A DNA stretch of 42,068 nt from an uncultured Acidimicrobiia bacterium (GTDB lineage Bacteria; Actinomycetota; Acidimicrobiia; Spongiisociales; UBA11373): NCBI GenBank assembly GCA_964440905.1, contig CAYTTU010000104.1, forward strand, positions 1 through 42,068, written 5' to 3'. The notes under the pieces are model-generated. The model was not told the origin of the DNA, searched no databases, and was given only the letters and a program-made list of their open reading frames with translations. The translations under genes were made by a program, and so were the position numbers. Shown here piece by piece: positions 31,265-40,085 of this stretch (position 1 is its first letter; every line of letters starts with the position of its first letter).

Positions 31265-32977
31265 TCATCGCAGCCCATCAAACGCGTCCTCATCCCCGTC
31301 GGCTACTTCTTCCTTGCGGGTCGCCCAGGGTGGGAAGGGGAAGTCCACCACCAGGGGGACCGGAATCGATGGCTGGGACAGGACCATCGTTCCGGGCTTG
31401 AGCAGCCGGGCCCGGGCCCGGGTGGAGGGGAGCATCCACCCGTACTCGGATCGCTCCGCCTCAGCGGCATCGAGACGCCCCGCCACCCGCAGAGCGGCGT
31501 TCTCCAGCACTTCGGCGGCGACCCGCGACGCGGTCTGCTGGGCCCCGACCAGGATCACTCCGAGCGACCTCCCCCGCTGGGCGATGTCGATCAGCATGTC
31601 TTTTATCGGGCTCTGCCCATCACGCGGGGCGTACTTGTTCAGCTCGTCGAGCACCACCACCGATAGCGGGAGCCTCTGCCCGGTCCCCTCCTTTTCGGCG
31701 AAGGCCTCGGCGAGTAGGGCTCCCACCACGAACCGCTGTCCGAGATCGTGCAAAGTGTTGAGAGCGACGACGGTGACCTGTGCGGCGGAGCGGTCGATGC
31801 GGTTGCTCTCACCGGCGCGGATCAGGTGCCCGACTCGCACCACGGCGGCGTGCAGCCGGCGCATGAAGGCCGACACCGTCCCCGGCTGCACCCGTCCAGT
31901 CCACTTGATGTCGGGCTCCCCGTCGGCGGGATCGAGGTACTCCTCGAGCGCCATCACCAGCGTGGCCAGATCGGAGATGACCCGCTCCCCCTTGTCGGGT
32001 CGCACCGTGGCGCCCCGCTGGTGACCCTCCGACGGATCGCGCAACACCACCGCCCCCGGCACTCCGGCCACGTCCACGGCAAAGCGGCGCAGCTGCGACT
32101 CGATCCGCTCTGCCACGAACGAGATCTGATTGCGGGCGTCGGAGGCATCGGTGAACAGGAACCGGAGCAAACCCTCGTCGATGAACTCGCGCAGCGTCCA
32201 GGCGAACACGGTGACGTCCTGGCGTCCGGCGATGTCGGGCACCATCACGTCGCCCGAGCGGGGACGGGGCGGCGCCCACAGCGAAACCGACGGGAAGGGG
32301 CCGGGCTCCACACCCAGCGCCGCCCACTGCGCGGCTGCCTCAGGAGTGAAGTGACGGTTGGGCTTGTCGAGCCAGATCAGGTCCTCACCCTTGACGTTGA
32401 ACACCAGCACCCGCAGGTTCTTGCCGGCGTCGCCGGTGATGTCACGCCTCCCGGTGAGCATCCGCAGAAAGAACAGAGCGAACGAGGTCTTGGTGGCGAC
32501 CCCGGAGATGCCCGAGATCGACATGTGACCTCCCTTACGCCCGTCGAAGAAGTCGAGATCGATGTACAGCGGCTCGCCGTCGCGGCCTATCCCCACGGGG
32601 AGAGGGCGGCCCATCTCATCGACGTAGAGGGCCTTGTCGCGCTCGGCGCCCCGGGCGCGACGCACCTCCCCGCCCGGATCGGGAGCCACCCAGACCTCGG
32701 GAGCAACCCGGGTGATCGCCACCTGGGCAGAACGGACCTTGGCGGCGGGCAGCGAACCCTCGGCGGCGATACGGAAAGTGTCCGACTCGAAGGAAGCGCC
32801 CTCGTATACCGCCTCCACCTCGGTGACCACACCGTACGTGGCGACGGATCCGGCGCCGGGCACGTCGGTGTCGACCACGACCAGGTCGTCGAGCTGCAGG
32901 TAGGCATCGTCGCCCATCACTACCCGGAACTCCCGGGTGTTGGTGTGCTGACTGCCGATCACCCGCCCTACCGTCAT
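31265..32977 (-). CDS. herA: HerA-like hexameric ATPase/helicase (FtsK-HerA superfamily, DUF87)
   Basis: 570 aa from ATG 32977, an ATGA overlap with the nurA stop. HAS-barrel-like N-terminus (VGRVIGSQHTNTREFRVVM), P-loop SGISGVATKTS, Walker B VVVLDELNKYAP, VILVGAQQ. The upstream 235 codons of the long ORF are rejected. Confidence 0.75.
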   Translation of the reverse strand: MTVGRVIGSQHTNTREFRVVMGDDAYLQLDDLVVVDTDVPGAGSVATYGVVTEVEAVYEGASFESDTFRIAAEGSLPAAKVRSAQVAITRVAPEVWVAPDPGGEVRRARGAERDKALYVDEMGRPLPVGIGRDGEPLYIDLDFFDGRKGGHMSISGISGVATKTSFALFFLRMLTGRRDITGDAGKNLRVLVFNVKGEDLIWLDKPNRHFTPEAAAQWAALGVEPGPFPSVSLWAPPRPRSGDVMVPDIAGRQDVTVFAWTLREFIDEGLLRFLFTDASDARNQISFVAERIESQLRRFAVDVAGVPGAVVLRDPSEGHQRGATVRPDKGERVISDLATLVMALEEYLDPADGEPDIKWTGRVQPGTVSAFMRRLHAAVVRVGHLIRAGESNRIDRSAAQVTVVALNTLHDLGQRFVVGALLAEAFAEKEGTGQRLPLSVVVLDELNKYAPRDGQSPIKDMLIDIAQRGRSLGVILVGAQQTASRVAAEVLENAALRVAGRLDAAEAERSEYGWMLPSTRARARLLKPGTMVLSQPSIPVPLVVDFPFPPWATRKEEVADGDEDAFDGLR

Positions 32978-33912
32978 GCCGCCGCCTCCACCGCAGTGCG
33001 CAGCGCCCGCAGCACCAGACCGGCATCGCCGAGGCGGTGGCGCAGATCCCGCTCCAGGGCGGCGATGGGCACCAGATTCTGTGGGGCCCGGGGATCGATG
33101 TGAGCCTCCGAGCCGACCTGGGGAAGCACCGCGGCCGAACGGTCGGCCACCGCGGCCACCTCGTCGCGGGGCAGCGACGCCGATGCCTCGGCGCGGGCGA
33201 TTCCCGACCAGGAGTGTCCGACGCCGCGGTCGGTGAGGCGGAGATACCACGAGTAGCGCCGGAACCTCCCCTCCCCAATGGTGAACAGCGGGGTCCGCTG
33301 CCCGGCGGGGAGCACCCCGATGATGCCGGCGTGGGTAGGCGGCAGGTAGGAGCGGCGGTGGCTCTTGATGTAGCCGATCTTGGGGACATCGGTGTACTCG
33401 TAGAGCGGCCCATCGGCGACCACGAAGTACCCCGAGCGAGCCAGGTCCTCGGCCAGTTCCGCCTCGGCGCGGCGCATGGCGTCGTGGAACGCCATGACCA
33501 ACGACGCCGGGTCGTCGCCGGGAACCGATGCGGTGCGGTACGACAGCCCCAGGGGAAGGTCGGGGATCTGGGGCTGGCGACCCGACGAAAGGAGGGCGAC
33601 CCGGCGCACCGTTGGCTGCTCGATGGTGCTGCGGTGCTCGGTGCGCCACCACACCGCGGCCCCCACGCCGAACGAACCGCACAGGCCGGTGATCGGACCG
33701 GCATCGTCGTCGAGAACGAGGCGGGCATCGACGCGGCGCACCCCGTCGACGAATGCCACCACCGGGATGCCGTCGTCATGTCCCGGGATCGGCTCCCAGG
33801 GCCGCCGCTCCACGGTGAGATCGACCGCCCCCTCAGCCGGCGTGAGCTCCGCATCGGGCTCGATCGACGATCCGTACTCCGGTGCCCAGCCCTCGACGTG
33901 CAGGCGGCTCAT
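32974..33912 (-). CDS. nurA: NurA-family nuclease
   Basis: 312 aa. AFVDGV, VVADGPL and IGYIKSH segments fit the NurA catalytic Asp / DG / K-S motif order. Obligate gene neighbour of herA. Confidence 0.65.
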   Translation of the reverse strand: MSRLHVEGWAPEYGSSIEPDAELTPAEGAVDLTVERRPWEPIPGHDDGIPVVAFVDGVRRVDARLVLDDDAGPITGLCGSFGVGAAVWWRTEHRSTIEQPTVRRVALLSSGRQPQIPDLPLGLSYRTASVPGDDPASLVMAFHDAMRRAEAELAEDLARSGYFVVADGPLYEYTDVPKIGYIKSHRRSYLPPTHAGIIGVLPAGQRTPLFTIGEGRFRRYSWYLRLTDRGVGHSWSGIARAEASASLPRDEVAAVADRSAAVLPQVGSEAHIDPRAPQNLVPIAALERDLRHRLGDAGLVLRALRTAVEAAA

Positions 33913-33953
33913 GGTGGCGGATGGTAGCGATGGGGAGTGACGGCTTTCGGAGC

Positions 33954-33975
33954 CGTGAGTGTCAGCTGACAGCTC
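33954..33975. repeat. heptamer units CGTGAGT GTCAGCT GACAGCT, including the perfect palindrome GTCAGCTGAC
   Basis: Direct reading, in the divergent nurA / UMF1-MFS intergenic region. Preceded by a CGGCT-TTCGG-AGCCG hairpin. Confidence 0.75.
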
Positions 33976-34019
33976 GAGCCCCTAACCCCTCGCCAGCGCG
34001 TTCGGTACCGTTGTCCCCC

Positions 34020-35375
34020 ATGCCCGCGCCGCGCAACGACCGCCGCACCATCTTCGGCTGGGCGATGTACGACTGGGCCAACTCCGCCTACACCACGACG
34101 ACGGTGGCAGTGCTGTTTCCGGCGTTGCTGGTCGACGAGATCGTCCCCGAAGAGGGGTACCGGCTCTTCGGTCTCCTGGTCGACGGTGAGCAGCTCGGTA
34201 GCCTGCTGATCGGCTTTGGCGCCCTGTTCGTGTTCCTCGTCAGTCCGGTCCTCGGGGCGATCGCCGACTTCTCCGCCTCCAACAAGCGCTTCATGCAGGT
34301 GTTCGCCGTCTTCGGGGCCGTATTCGCCACCTCGATGTATCTGATCGACACCGGGGATGTCGCCCTCGCCATCGTGCTATTTCTCCTCGCCCAGACCGGG
34401 TTTGTCGGGTCGCTCGTCTTCTACGACGGCTTCCTCCCCGACATCACGACATCCGACACCATCGATCGAGTCTCCTCCAGAGGATTCGCTTTCGGCTACC
34501 TGGGAGGCGGGCTCAACTTCCTCCTCGCCCTGCTGCTCCTCCTGTTTCACGAAGAGGTAGGAGTCACCGAGGTGCACGCCGCCAGATTGGGAATGGGTTT
34601 CGCCGGCCTGTGGTGGCTGGGTTTCGGATGGTTCGCCATGCGACGGCTCTCCGAGACCGGGATCCCGCAGGCGCTCCCGCAGCGCTACGCCGGCCTCCCC
34701 AAGCCGGTCGCCTACCTGCGCATCGGGGTGCGGCGCACCATCACCACCACCCGCCGGCTGCGCCGCTTCCCCGACCTACTGCGCTTCGTGCTCGCCTTCG
34801 TCCTCTACAACGACGGCGTGCAGACGGTGATCGCCATCGCCCCGTTCTACGCCAAGGAGACCCTCGACCTGGAGACCGAAACCCTGGCACTCGGCATCCT
34901 GATGGTGCAGGCGATCGCCGTCGTAGGGGCGCTGGGTTTTGGCAGGATTGCGGCACGCCGCGGTACCCGTTTCGCCATCCTGTTGTCGATCGCCCTGTGG
35001 ACCGGGGTGCTCACCTGGGGCTACTTCGTGCCAGCCGGCCAGGCTGTGCCGTTCTTCCTGCTCGCGGGACTCATCGGTCTGGTGCTGGGCGGCACCCAGG
35101 CTCTAAGCCGGTCCCTCTACGGATCGATGATCCCGGAAGACGCCTCGGCGGAGTTCTACGGGTTCTACGCCGTCTTCGAGAAGTTTTCCGCGATCCTCGG
35201 CCCGTTCATCTTCTTTGCCGTCGACCGAATCACCGGATCGTCGCGCGGTGCGGTGCTGTCGTTGGTCGGCTTCTTCATCGTCGGCGGTTGGCTGTTGTCC
35301 CGGGTCGACGTGGAAGCCGCCCGCGAGTCGCGCCAGCATTGGGAGATTCGTGGTGACCATGCCGAGATCGCGTGA
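34020..35375 (+). CDS. MFS transporter, UMF1 (Atg22-like) family
   Basis: 451 aa from ATG 34020. IFGWAMYDWANSAYTTT is the hallmark UMF1 N-terminus. About 12 TM helices. Confidence 0.85.
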   Translation: MPAPRNDRRTIFGWAMYDWANSAYTTTTVAVLFPALLVDEIVPEEGYRLFGLLVDGEQLGSLLIGFGALFVFLVSPVLGAIADFSASNKRFMQVFAVFGAVFATSMYLIDTGDVALAIVLFLLAQTGFVGSLVFYDGFLPDITTSDTIDRVSSRGFAFGYLGGGLNFLLALLLLLFHEEVGVTEVHAARLGMGFAGLWWLGFGWFAMRRLSETGIPQALPQRYAGLPKPVAYLRIGVRRTITTTRRLRRFPDLLRFVLAFVLYNDGVQTVIAIAPFYAKETLDLETETLALGILMVQAIAVVGALGFGRIAARRGTRFAILLSIALWTGVLTWGYFVPAGQAVPFFLLAGLIGLVLGGTQALSRSLYGSMIPEDASAEFYGFYAVFEKFSAILGPFIFFAVDRITGSSRGAVLSLVGFFIVGGWLLSRVDVEAARESRQHWEIRGDHAEIA

Positions 35376-35381
35376 GCCGGG

Positions 35382-36131
35382 TCACAGCCTTCCGGCGGCG
35401 GTGATCCGCTGCAGGAACTGACGGGTGCGCTCCTGGGTGGGTCGAAACAAGATCTCCCCAGGCGGTCCTTGCTCGAGAATGACTCCCCCGTCGAGAAAGC
35501 ACACCACGTCGGCGCCGTCGCGAGCGAATCCCATCTCGTGGGTGGCGATCACCATCGTCATCCCGTCGCGTTTCAGGTCGCGAATCACTTCGAGCACCTC
35601 GGCGATGAGCTCGGGATCGAGTGCCGAGGTCACCTCATCGAGCAGCATCACCTCTGGCCGGGTCACCAGGGCGCGGACGATGGCCACGCGCTGCTGCTCG
35701 CCGCCGGAGAGCCGATCGGGATACTCCGCAGCCTTGTCGATCAGGCCGAAACGGGTCAGCAGCGCCCTGGCGTCGTCCTCGGCCTGTTCGCGGTCGACGC
35801 CGTGGACCTTGCGGGGTCCCAGGGTGACGTTGTCCATCACGTTCATGTGGGGGAACAGGTTGAACGCTTGGAATACGATCCCCATCGTTTGGCGCACCCG
35901 ATTCGGGTTGACGCCGGGAGCGGTGATGTCGACTCCGTCGAGCAGGATCTCACCGGCGTCGATCGACACCAGCAGGTCGATGCACTTGAGCAGTGTCGAC
36001 TTGCCCGAACCCGAGGCTCCGATGAGGCAGACCACCTGATGGGCCGCCACTTCGAGATCGACCCCGCCAAGCACCCGGCGGTCGTCGAACGACTTGGTGA
36101 CACCGCGCAACGCCAGCTTGGGAGTGGTCAT
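35382..36131 (-). CDS. amino-acid ABC transporter ATP-binding protein (GlnQ-like)
   Basis: 249 aa from ATG 36131, an ATGA overlap with the permease gene. GASGSGKSTLLKCI, LSGGEQQRVAIVRAL, MLLDEVTSALDPE. Confidence 0.9.
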   Translation of the reverse strand: MTTPKLALRGVTKSFDDRRVLGGVDLEVAAHQVVCLIGASGSGKSTLLKCIDLLVSIDAGEILLDGVDITAPGVNPNRVRQTMGIVFQAFNLFPHMNVMDNVTLGPRKVHGVDREQAEDDARALLTRFGLIDKAAEYPDRLSGGEQQRVAIVRALVTRPEVMLLDEVTSALDPELIAEVLEVIRDLKRDGMTMVIATHEMGFARDGADVVCFLDGGVILEQGPPGEILFRPTQERTRQFLQRITAAGRL

Positions 36132-37000
36132 GTGCTCATCGCCTGCATCCGACGCCGCTGCCGGTCGGCGTACCAGTCGGTGAAGCGGGCCACGGGAACG
36201 CTCACCAGTAGGAACAGGATGGCGGCGGCGATGTACGAGGTGTAGTTGAAGCTGCGGGCGTTGTAGATGTCCGCCTCGCGCAGGCCCTCGCGGATGCCGA
36301 GCACGAACACGAGCGCCACGTCCTTCTGCAGACTGACGAACCCGTTGAGCAGCGCCGGGACGACGTTGCGCACCGCCTGGGGGACGATCACATGCCACAA
36401 GGCCTGGCCCTGAGTCAGTCCAATGGAGCGCGCCGACATGCGTTGCGACTCGTGCACCGAGTCGATTCCGGCCCGGTACACCTCGGCGGTGTAGGCGGCA
36501 TACGAGAACACCAGGGCAGCGACTCCCCAGAACAGCGGCCCGTTGGGCACCCCGGGGAGTTGCAGTGCCGGGATACCGAAGCCCATCAGCAGGATCAACA
36601 GGAGCAAGGGCAGGCCACGCGCCAGGTCGATGTACCCGATCGTGAGGATGCGCAGCGGCAGGAAGGCCGGCCCCCGCAGCGACCGCGCCATCGCCACCAC
36701 CAGCCCTATGCCGAGGATCAGCACCTCGGCAAGCAGAAACAGCTTGATGTCGAGCCAGAACCCATCGAGCACCAGAGGGAACGACGCCTTGAAGTGGTGC
36801 CAGCTGAAGAACTGGCGCTGCACCCGGGGCCACGCCGCCGAGTTGAGCACCAGGGCTATGAGCACCCCGAACACCACGATCGTCGAGATCACCGCCACCA
36901 GGGCGGCGCGGGCCCCCTCCTCCCGATGACGCGCCGAGCGCCGGGGCCACGGCAGTCCGGGGCCCCGGCGCTCGAGACGCTCCAGCGGTGTCGGCTCCAC
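36128..37000 (-). CDS. amino-acid ABC transporter permease (His/Glu/Gln/Arg/opine family)
   Basis: 290 aa. The exact start is uncertain. Five TM helices and an EAA-like loop (ESQRMSARSIGLTQGQALWHVIVPQA). Confidence 0.85.
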   Translation of the reverse strand: MEPTPLERLERRGPGLPWPRRSARHREEGARAALVAVISTIVVFGVLIALVLNSAAWPRVQRQFFSWHHFKASFPLVLDGFWLDIKLFLLAEVLILGIGLVVAMARSLRGPAFLPLRILTIGYIDLARGLPLLLLILLMGFGIPALQLPGVPNGPLFWGVAALVFSYAAYTAEVYRAGIDSVHESQRMSARSIGLTQGQALWHVIVPQAVRNVVPALLNGFVSLQKDVALVFVLGIREGLREADIYNARSFNYTSYIAAAILFLLVSVPVARFTDWYADRQRRRMQAMST

Positions 37001-37047
37001 CTAATAGGCCCCCAGGACCCGGGCGGCGCCGTCCGCTGCCATTGCTG

Positions 37048-37920
37048 CTACTCCGAGATCACGGCGAGGCCGCCGGCGCCGACCAGCCACTCGTCCTCGA
37101 GGGCCTCCAGGGTGCCGTCGGCGCTCATCGCCGCCAGGGCGGAGTTGACGCAGGCGCGCAGCGGATTGCCCTCTTCGAACAGCAGACCGAACTCGTCCGG
37201 CTCGGCGGCGGGAGCGGCGAACTCCGCCACGATCACCGAACCCTCGATCTCCACCGCGGTGATGTAATACGCCGTGTAGAGGTCCACCACCAGGCCGTCG
37301 ATCTGATCGGCCTCCAGCGCCGACTTGGCGTCCACGGTGGAGTCATACACCGCCGCCTCGACGCTCGGCTGAATGACGGCGTCGATGTAGTCGAGGCTGG
37401 TCGTGCCGATCTGCACCCCGAGCCGAGCATCGGCAAGGTCTGCCAGGGTGGTCGCCCCGGCGATCGGGTTGTCGGGAAAGGCCACCAGGGCCTGAGCATT
37501 GGAGTAGTACGGGTTGGAGAAGTCCACGACCTCGTCGCGGGCTGCACTGATCGTGTACTGCTGAATGTTGAAGTCGAAGTTCTTCTCGCCCGGGGCTATC
37601 ACCTCGTCGAAACCGGTGCGCACCCAGGTGACCTGCTCCGGCGTGAACCCCATCTCCTCGGCGAGGGCGTAGACCAGAGCCGCCTCGAATCCGATGCCCA
37701 GCTCCGGCTGGTCGAAGCCCTCACCATCGGGGCTGCCGACCCACGGCGGGAAGATCTCGATGCCGGTGGCGACAGTCAGCTGCCCACCCGTGACCAGGTT
37801 CAGATCGGCCACGTTGCACGACCCTCCGGCAGCCACCGTCGTCGTTGCGGCGTCGTCATCGCCGCAAGCCGCCACGACCAGCGTGAGGACGGCCACCATG
37901 ACCAGCGCTCTCAATTTCAC
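37048..37920 (-). CDS. amino-acid ABC transporter substrate-binding lipoprotein
   Basis: 290 aa from GTG 37920, with a GGAGGTGG SD 8 nt upstream. Lipobox LVVAACG. Family 3 SBP body. Confidence 0.8.
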   Translation of the reverse strand: MKLRALVMVAVLTLVVAACGDDDAATTTVAAGGSCNVADLNLVTGGQLTVATGIEIFPPWVGSPDGEGFDQPELGIGFEAALVYALAEEMGFTPEQVTWVRTGFDEVIAPGEKNFDFNIQQYTISAARDEVVDFSNPYYSNAQALVAFPDNPIAGATTLADLADARLGVQIGTTSLDYIDAVIQPSVEAAVYDSTVDAKSALEADQIDGLVVDLYTAYYITAVEIEGSVIVAEFAAPAAEPDEFGLLFEEGNPLRACVNSALAAMSADGTLEALEDEWLVGAGGLAVISE

Positions 37921-37988
37921 GTTCGTTTCCACCTCCAAGTGATGCGGGGAGAGTAGCGAGCAGGGCGGTGGCGGTGGCACCGCGGAGC

Positions 37989-39977
37989 TCAGTCCGCGTC
38001 GTCGTCGGTGAGGGCGGCGACCTTGCCCTTTGGTTCCACCGGGGCGTACCCGGCAACCTTGGGAGGGGCGGCGACCGGCTGAAAGTGGCCCTTTTCCTCG
38101 GTGGTGTCGGTGACCGCGCCGTGCTCGAAGAGCTTGGGCTCCTGCCCGGGGCGGAGCACCTGATATACCCGCAGCACCGCCTCCTTGCCCTTCACCTTGA
38201 GCGGGGGGAGTTCGGCGAGACGGAACTCGTCGGCGGGCAGTGCATCGGCAAACTCCTCGGTGACGACGATCTCGCCGCCTTCGGCGACGCCGCACACCCG
38301 GCTGGCGGTGTTCACCGTGTCGCCGATGGCGGTGTAGTCGAGACGCTCGGTGGAACCGATGTTCCCCACCACGGCCAGACCGAATGACAGGCCCACACCA
38401 CAGCCCTTCACCTTGAGGTTGCCCGCCTTCCCGGTGGCCACCGCCTCATCGATGTAGTCCTGCATCCGCAGCGCCGCTCGCACCGAACGAACCACCATCT
38501 GGGGATCGGAGCGTGGTGCGCCCCAGAAGGCCATCACGCAGTCCCCCATGAACTTGTCGATGGTGCCCCGCTCCTCTATGACCGCGCGGGTCATCGCCTC
38601 GAGGTAGTCGTTGAGCGCCGCCACCACTTCCGGCGGAGACGCCTTCTCCGATGCCGCGGTGAAGCCCCGCAGGTCGGCGAACAGCACCGCCAGCGGGCGC
38701 GAGGCTCCCTCGAGTGTGGCGACCGCCCCCTCGGGCGACTCCAGCACCTCCTTGACCACGTCCTTGGACAGGTAACGGCCGAAGACGCTGGTGACGTACT
38801 TGCGCTCCCGGGTCTCGGTGAAGTAGCGCACGCCGAGGCCGGAAACGAAGACCACCGGCGGAGAGAGCACCGGATACACCATGTTCATCACGATCCCACC
38901 GTCGAAGCGCTCAAACACCACCAGGAAGTAGCCCACCAACAGCATCAGCCCGATGAGCACCGCGACCGAGGGTCGCAGGTACAGGGTCGCCGCGGCGAGC
39001 ACCAGGCCGATGCCGGCCACCATCAACAGGACCATGCCCATCGACTCGTTCTCGATATACGACCCGGTGAGGATGGTGTTGAGGGCGTTGGCGTGCACCG
39101 TCACCCCGGGCTGGCGCCCCGCCTTGTCCAACGGGGTGGCGACGAGGTCGCCAAGGCCCAGGGCGGTCGCCCCGACCAGGACGACCTTCCCCTCGAACGT
39201 CCCCGGTGGAATCGTCCCGGCCAGCACCGCCGATGCCGGGAAGGTCGGATACCCGGCGGCGAAGTTGAGGTCGAGGAGTCGCAGGTCGCCGGTGCGAACC
39301 AGGAGCCCGCCAACCTGAACGCCTCCGGGGCGCAGGGTGACCGGCCCGGACTGGCCGGTGATCTGCTGGGCGAGTACGAACGACAGCGACGACACCAGCG
39401 ACCCATCGGGGGCCTCCGCCACCGGCGGGAGTGCCCGCACCACGCCATCGAGATCGGGCCGGGTGTTGGCGTGCCCCACCCCCACCGCCACGGACTCGAA
39501 CTCGGCAATCGGCGGGAACCACGCCGCGGCCACCAGCAGCGCATCGCGCTCGGTGGGCTGGGTGCCGAATTCGAAGTTCCCGATGAGGACCACGTTGTCA
39601 GCGGCGCGCATCGCCGCGCCAAGGGCCGCGTCGCCTTCCGGGTCGTCCAGCGCCGGGGTGCCGAACGTCACGTCGTAACCGATCAGGGTGGCTCCGTCGG
39701 CGGTGAGGCGGTCGACCATGTCGGCATGGATCGACCGGCTCCACGGCCACCGCCCCACGGTGGCAATGCTCTCGTCGTCGATGGCAACGATCACGATGCG
39801 GGAGTCCGTCGGAGCGCCGGGGAAAAGGGAGTCGGCAAAGCGCAGCTGGGTGGTGAAAAAGACATCGTTGGAGAGGCCCAGGTAGGACCCAATCGTGACT
39901 GCGGCAACGATGCCCAGGGCGACGAGCGGCTTGAACCAAAAACCGCGCTTGCGGTTCATGCGGCCCTCCGCCGCCAC
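37989..39977 (-). CDS. CHASE2-sensor class III adenylate/guanylate cyclase
   Basis: 662 aa (alternative start at 39959). N-terminal TM, an extracytoplasmic CHASE2-like domain, 3 TM helices, and a cyclase domain with LFADLRGFT and KFMGD...GD motifs. Confidence 0.85.
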   Translation of the reverse strand: MAAEGRMNRKRGFWFKPLVALGIVAAVTIGSYLGLSNDVFFTTQLRFADSLFPGAPTDSRIVIVAIDDESIATVGRWPWSRSIHADMVDRLTADGATLIGYDVTFGTPALDDPEGDAALGAAMRAADNVVLIGNFEFGTQPTERDALLVAAAWFPPIAEFESVAVGVGHANTRPDLDGVVRALPPVAEAPDGSLVSSLSFVLAQQITGQSGPVTLRPGGVQVGGLLVRTGDLRLLDLNFAAGYPTFPASAVLAGTIPPGTFEGKVVLVGATALGLGDLVATPLDKAGRQPGVTVHANALNTILTGSYIENESMGMVLLMVAGIGLVLAAATLYLRPSVAVLIGLMLLVGYFLVVFERFDGGIVMNMVYPVLSPPVVFVSGLGVRYFTETRERKYVTSVFGRYLSKDVVKEVLESPEGAVATLEGASRPLAVLFADLRGFTAASEKASPPEVVAALNDYLEAMTRAVIEERGTIDKFMGDCVMAFWGAPRSDPQMVVRSVRAALRMQDYIDEAVATGKAGNLKVKGCGVGLSFGLAVVGNIGSTERLDYTAIGDTVNTASRVCGVAEGGEIVVTEEFADALPADEFRLAELPPLKVKGKEAVLRVYQVLRPGQEPKLFEHGAVTDTTEEKGHFQPVAAPPKVAGYAPVEPKGKVAALTDDDAD

Positions 39978-40039
39978 CGCGGTTCACACGAGTTGCCGCT
40001 TCGGCTCACCGCGCCTCCCATGGTCGATCCTTCAACCGC

Positions 40040-40071
40040 GATGCGCCGACCGGACATCCGGTCGGCGCATC
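40040..40071 (-). terminator. perfect 14-bp-stem hairpin downstream of the FecR-like gene (possible intrinsic terminator or attenuator, no U-tract)
   Basis: GATGCGCCGACCGG-ACAT-CCGGTCGGCGCATC, 15 nt after the stop at 40086 and 63 nt before the cyclase start. Confidence 0.5.
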
Positions 40072-40085
40072 ACTCCACAGCTCGG

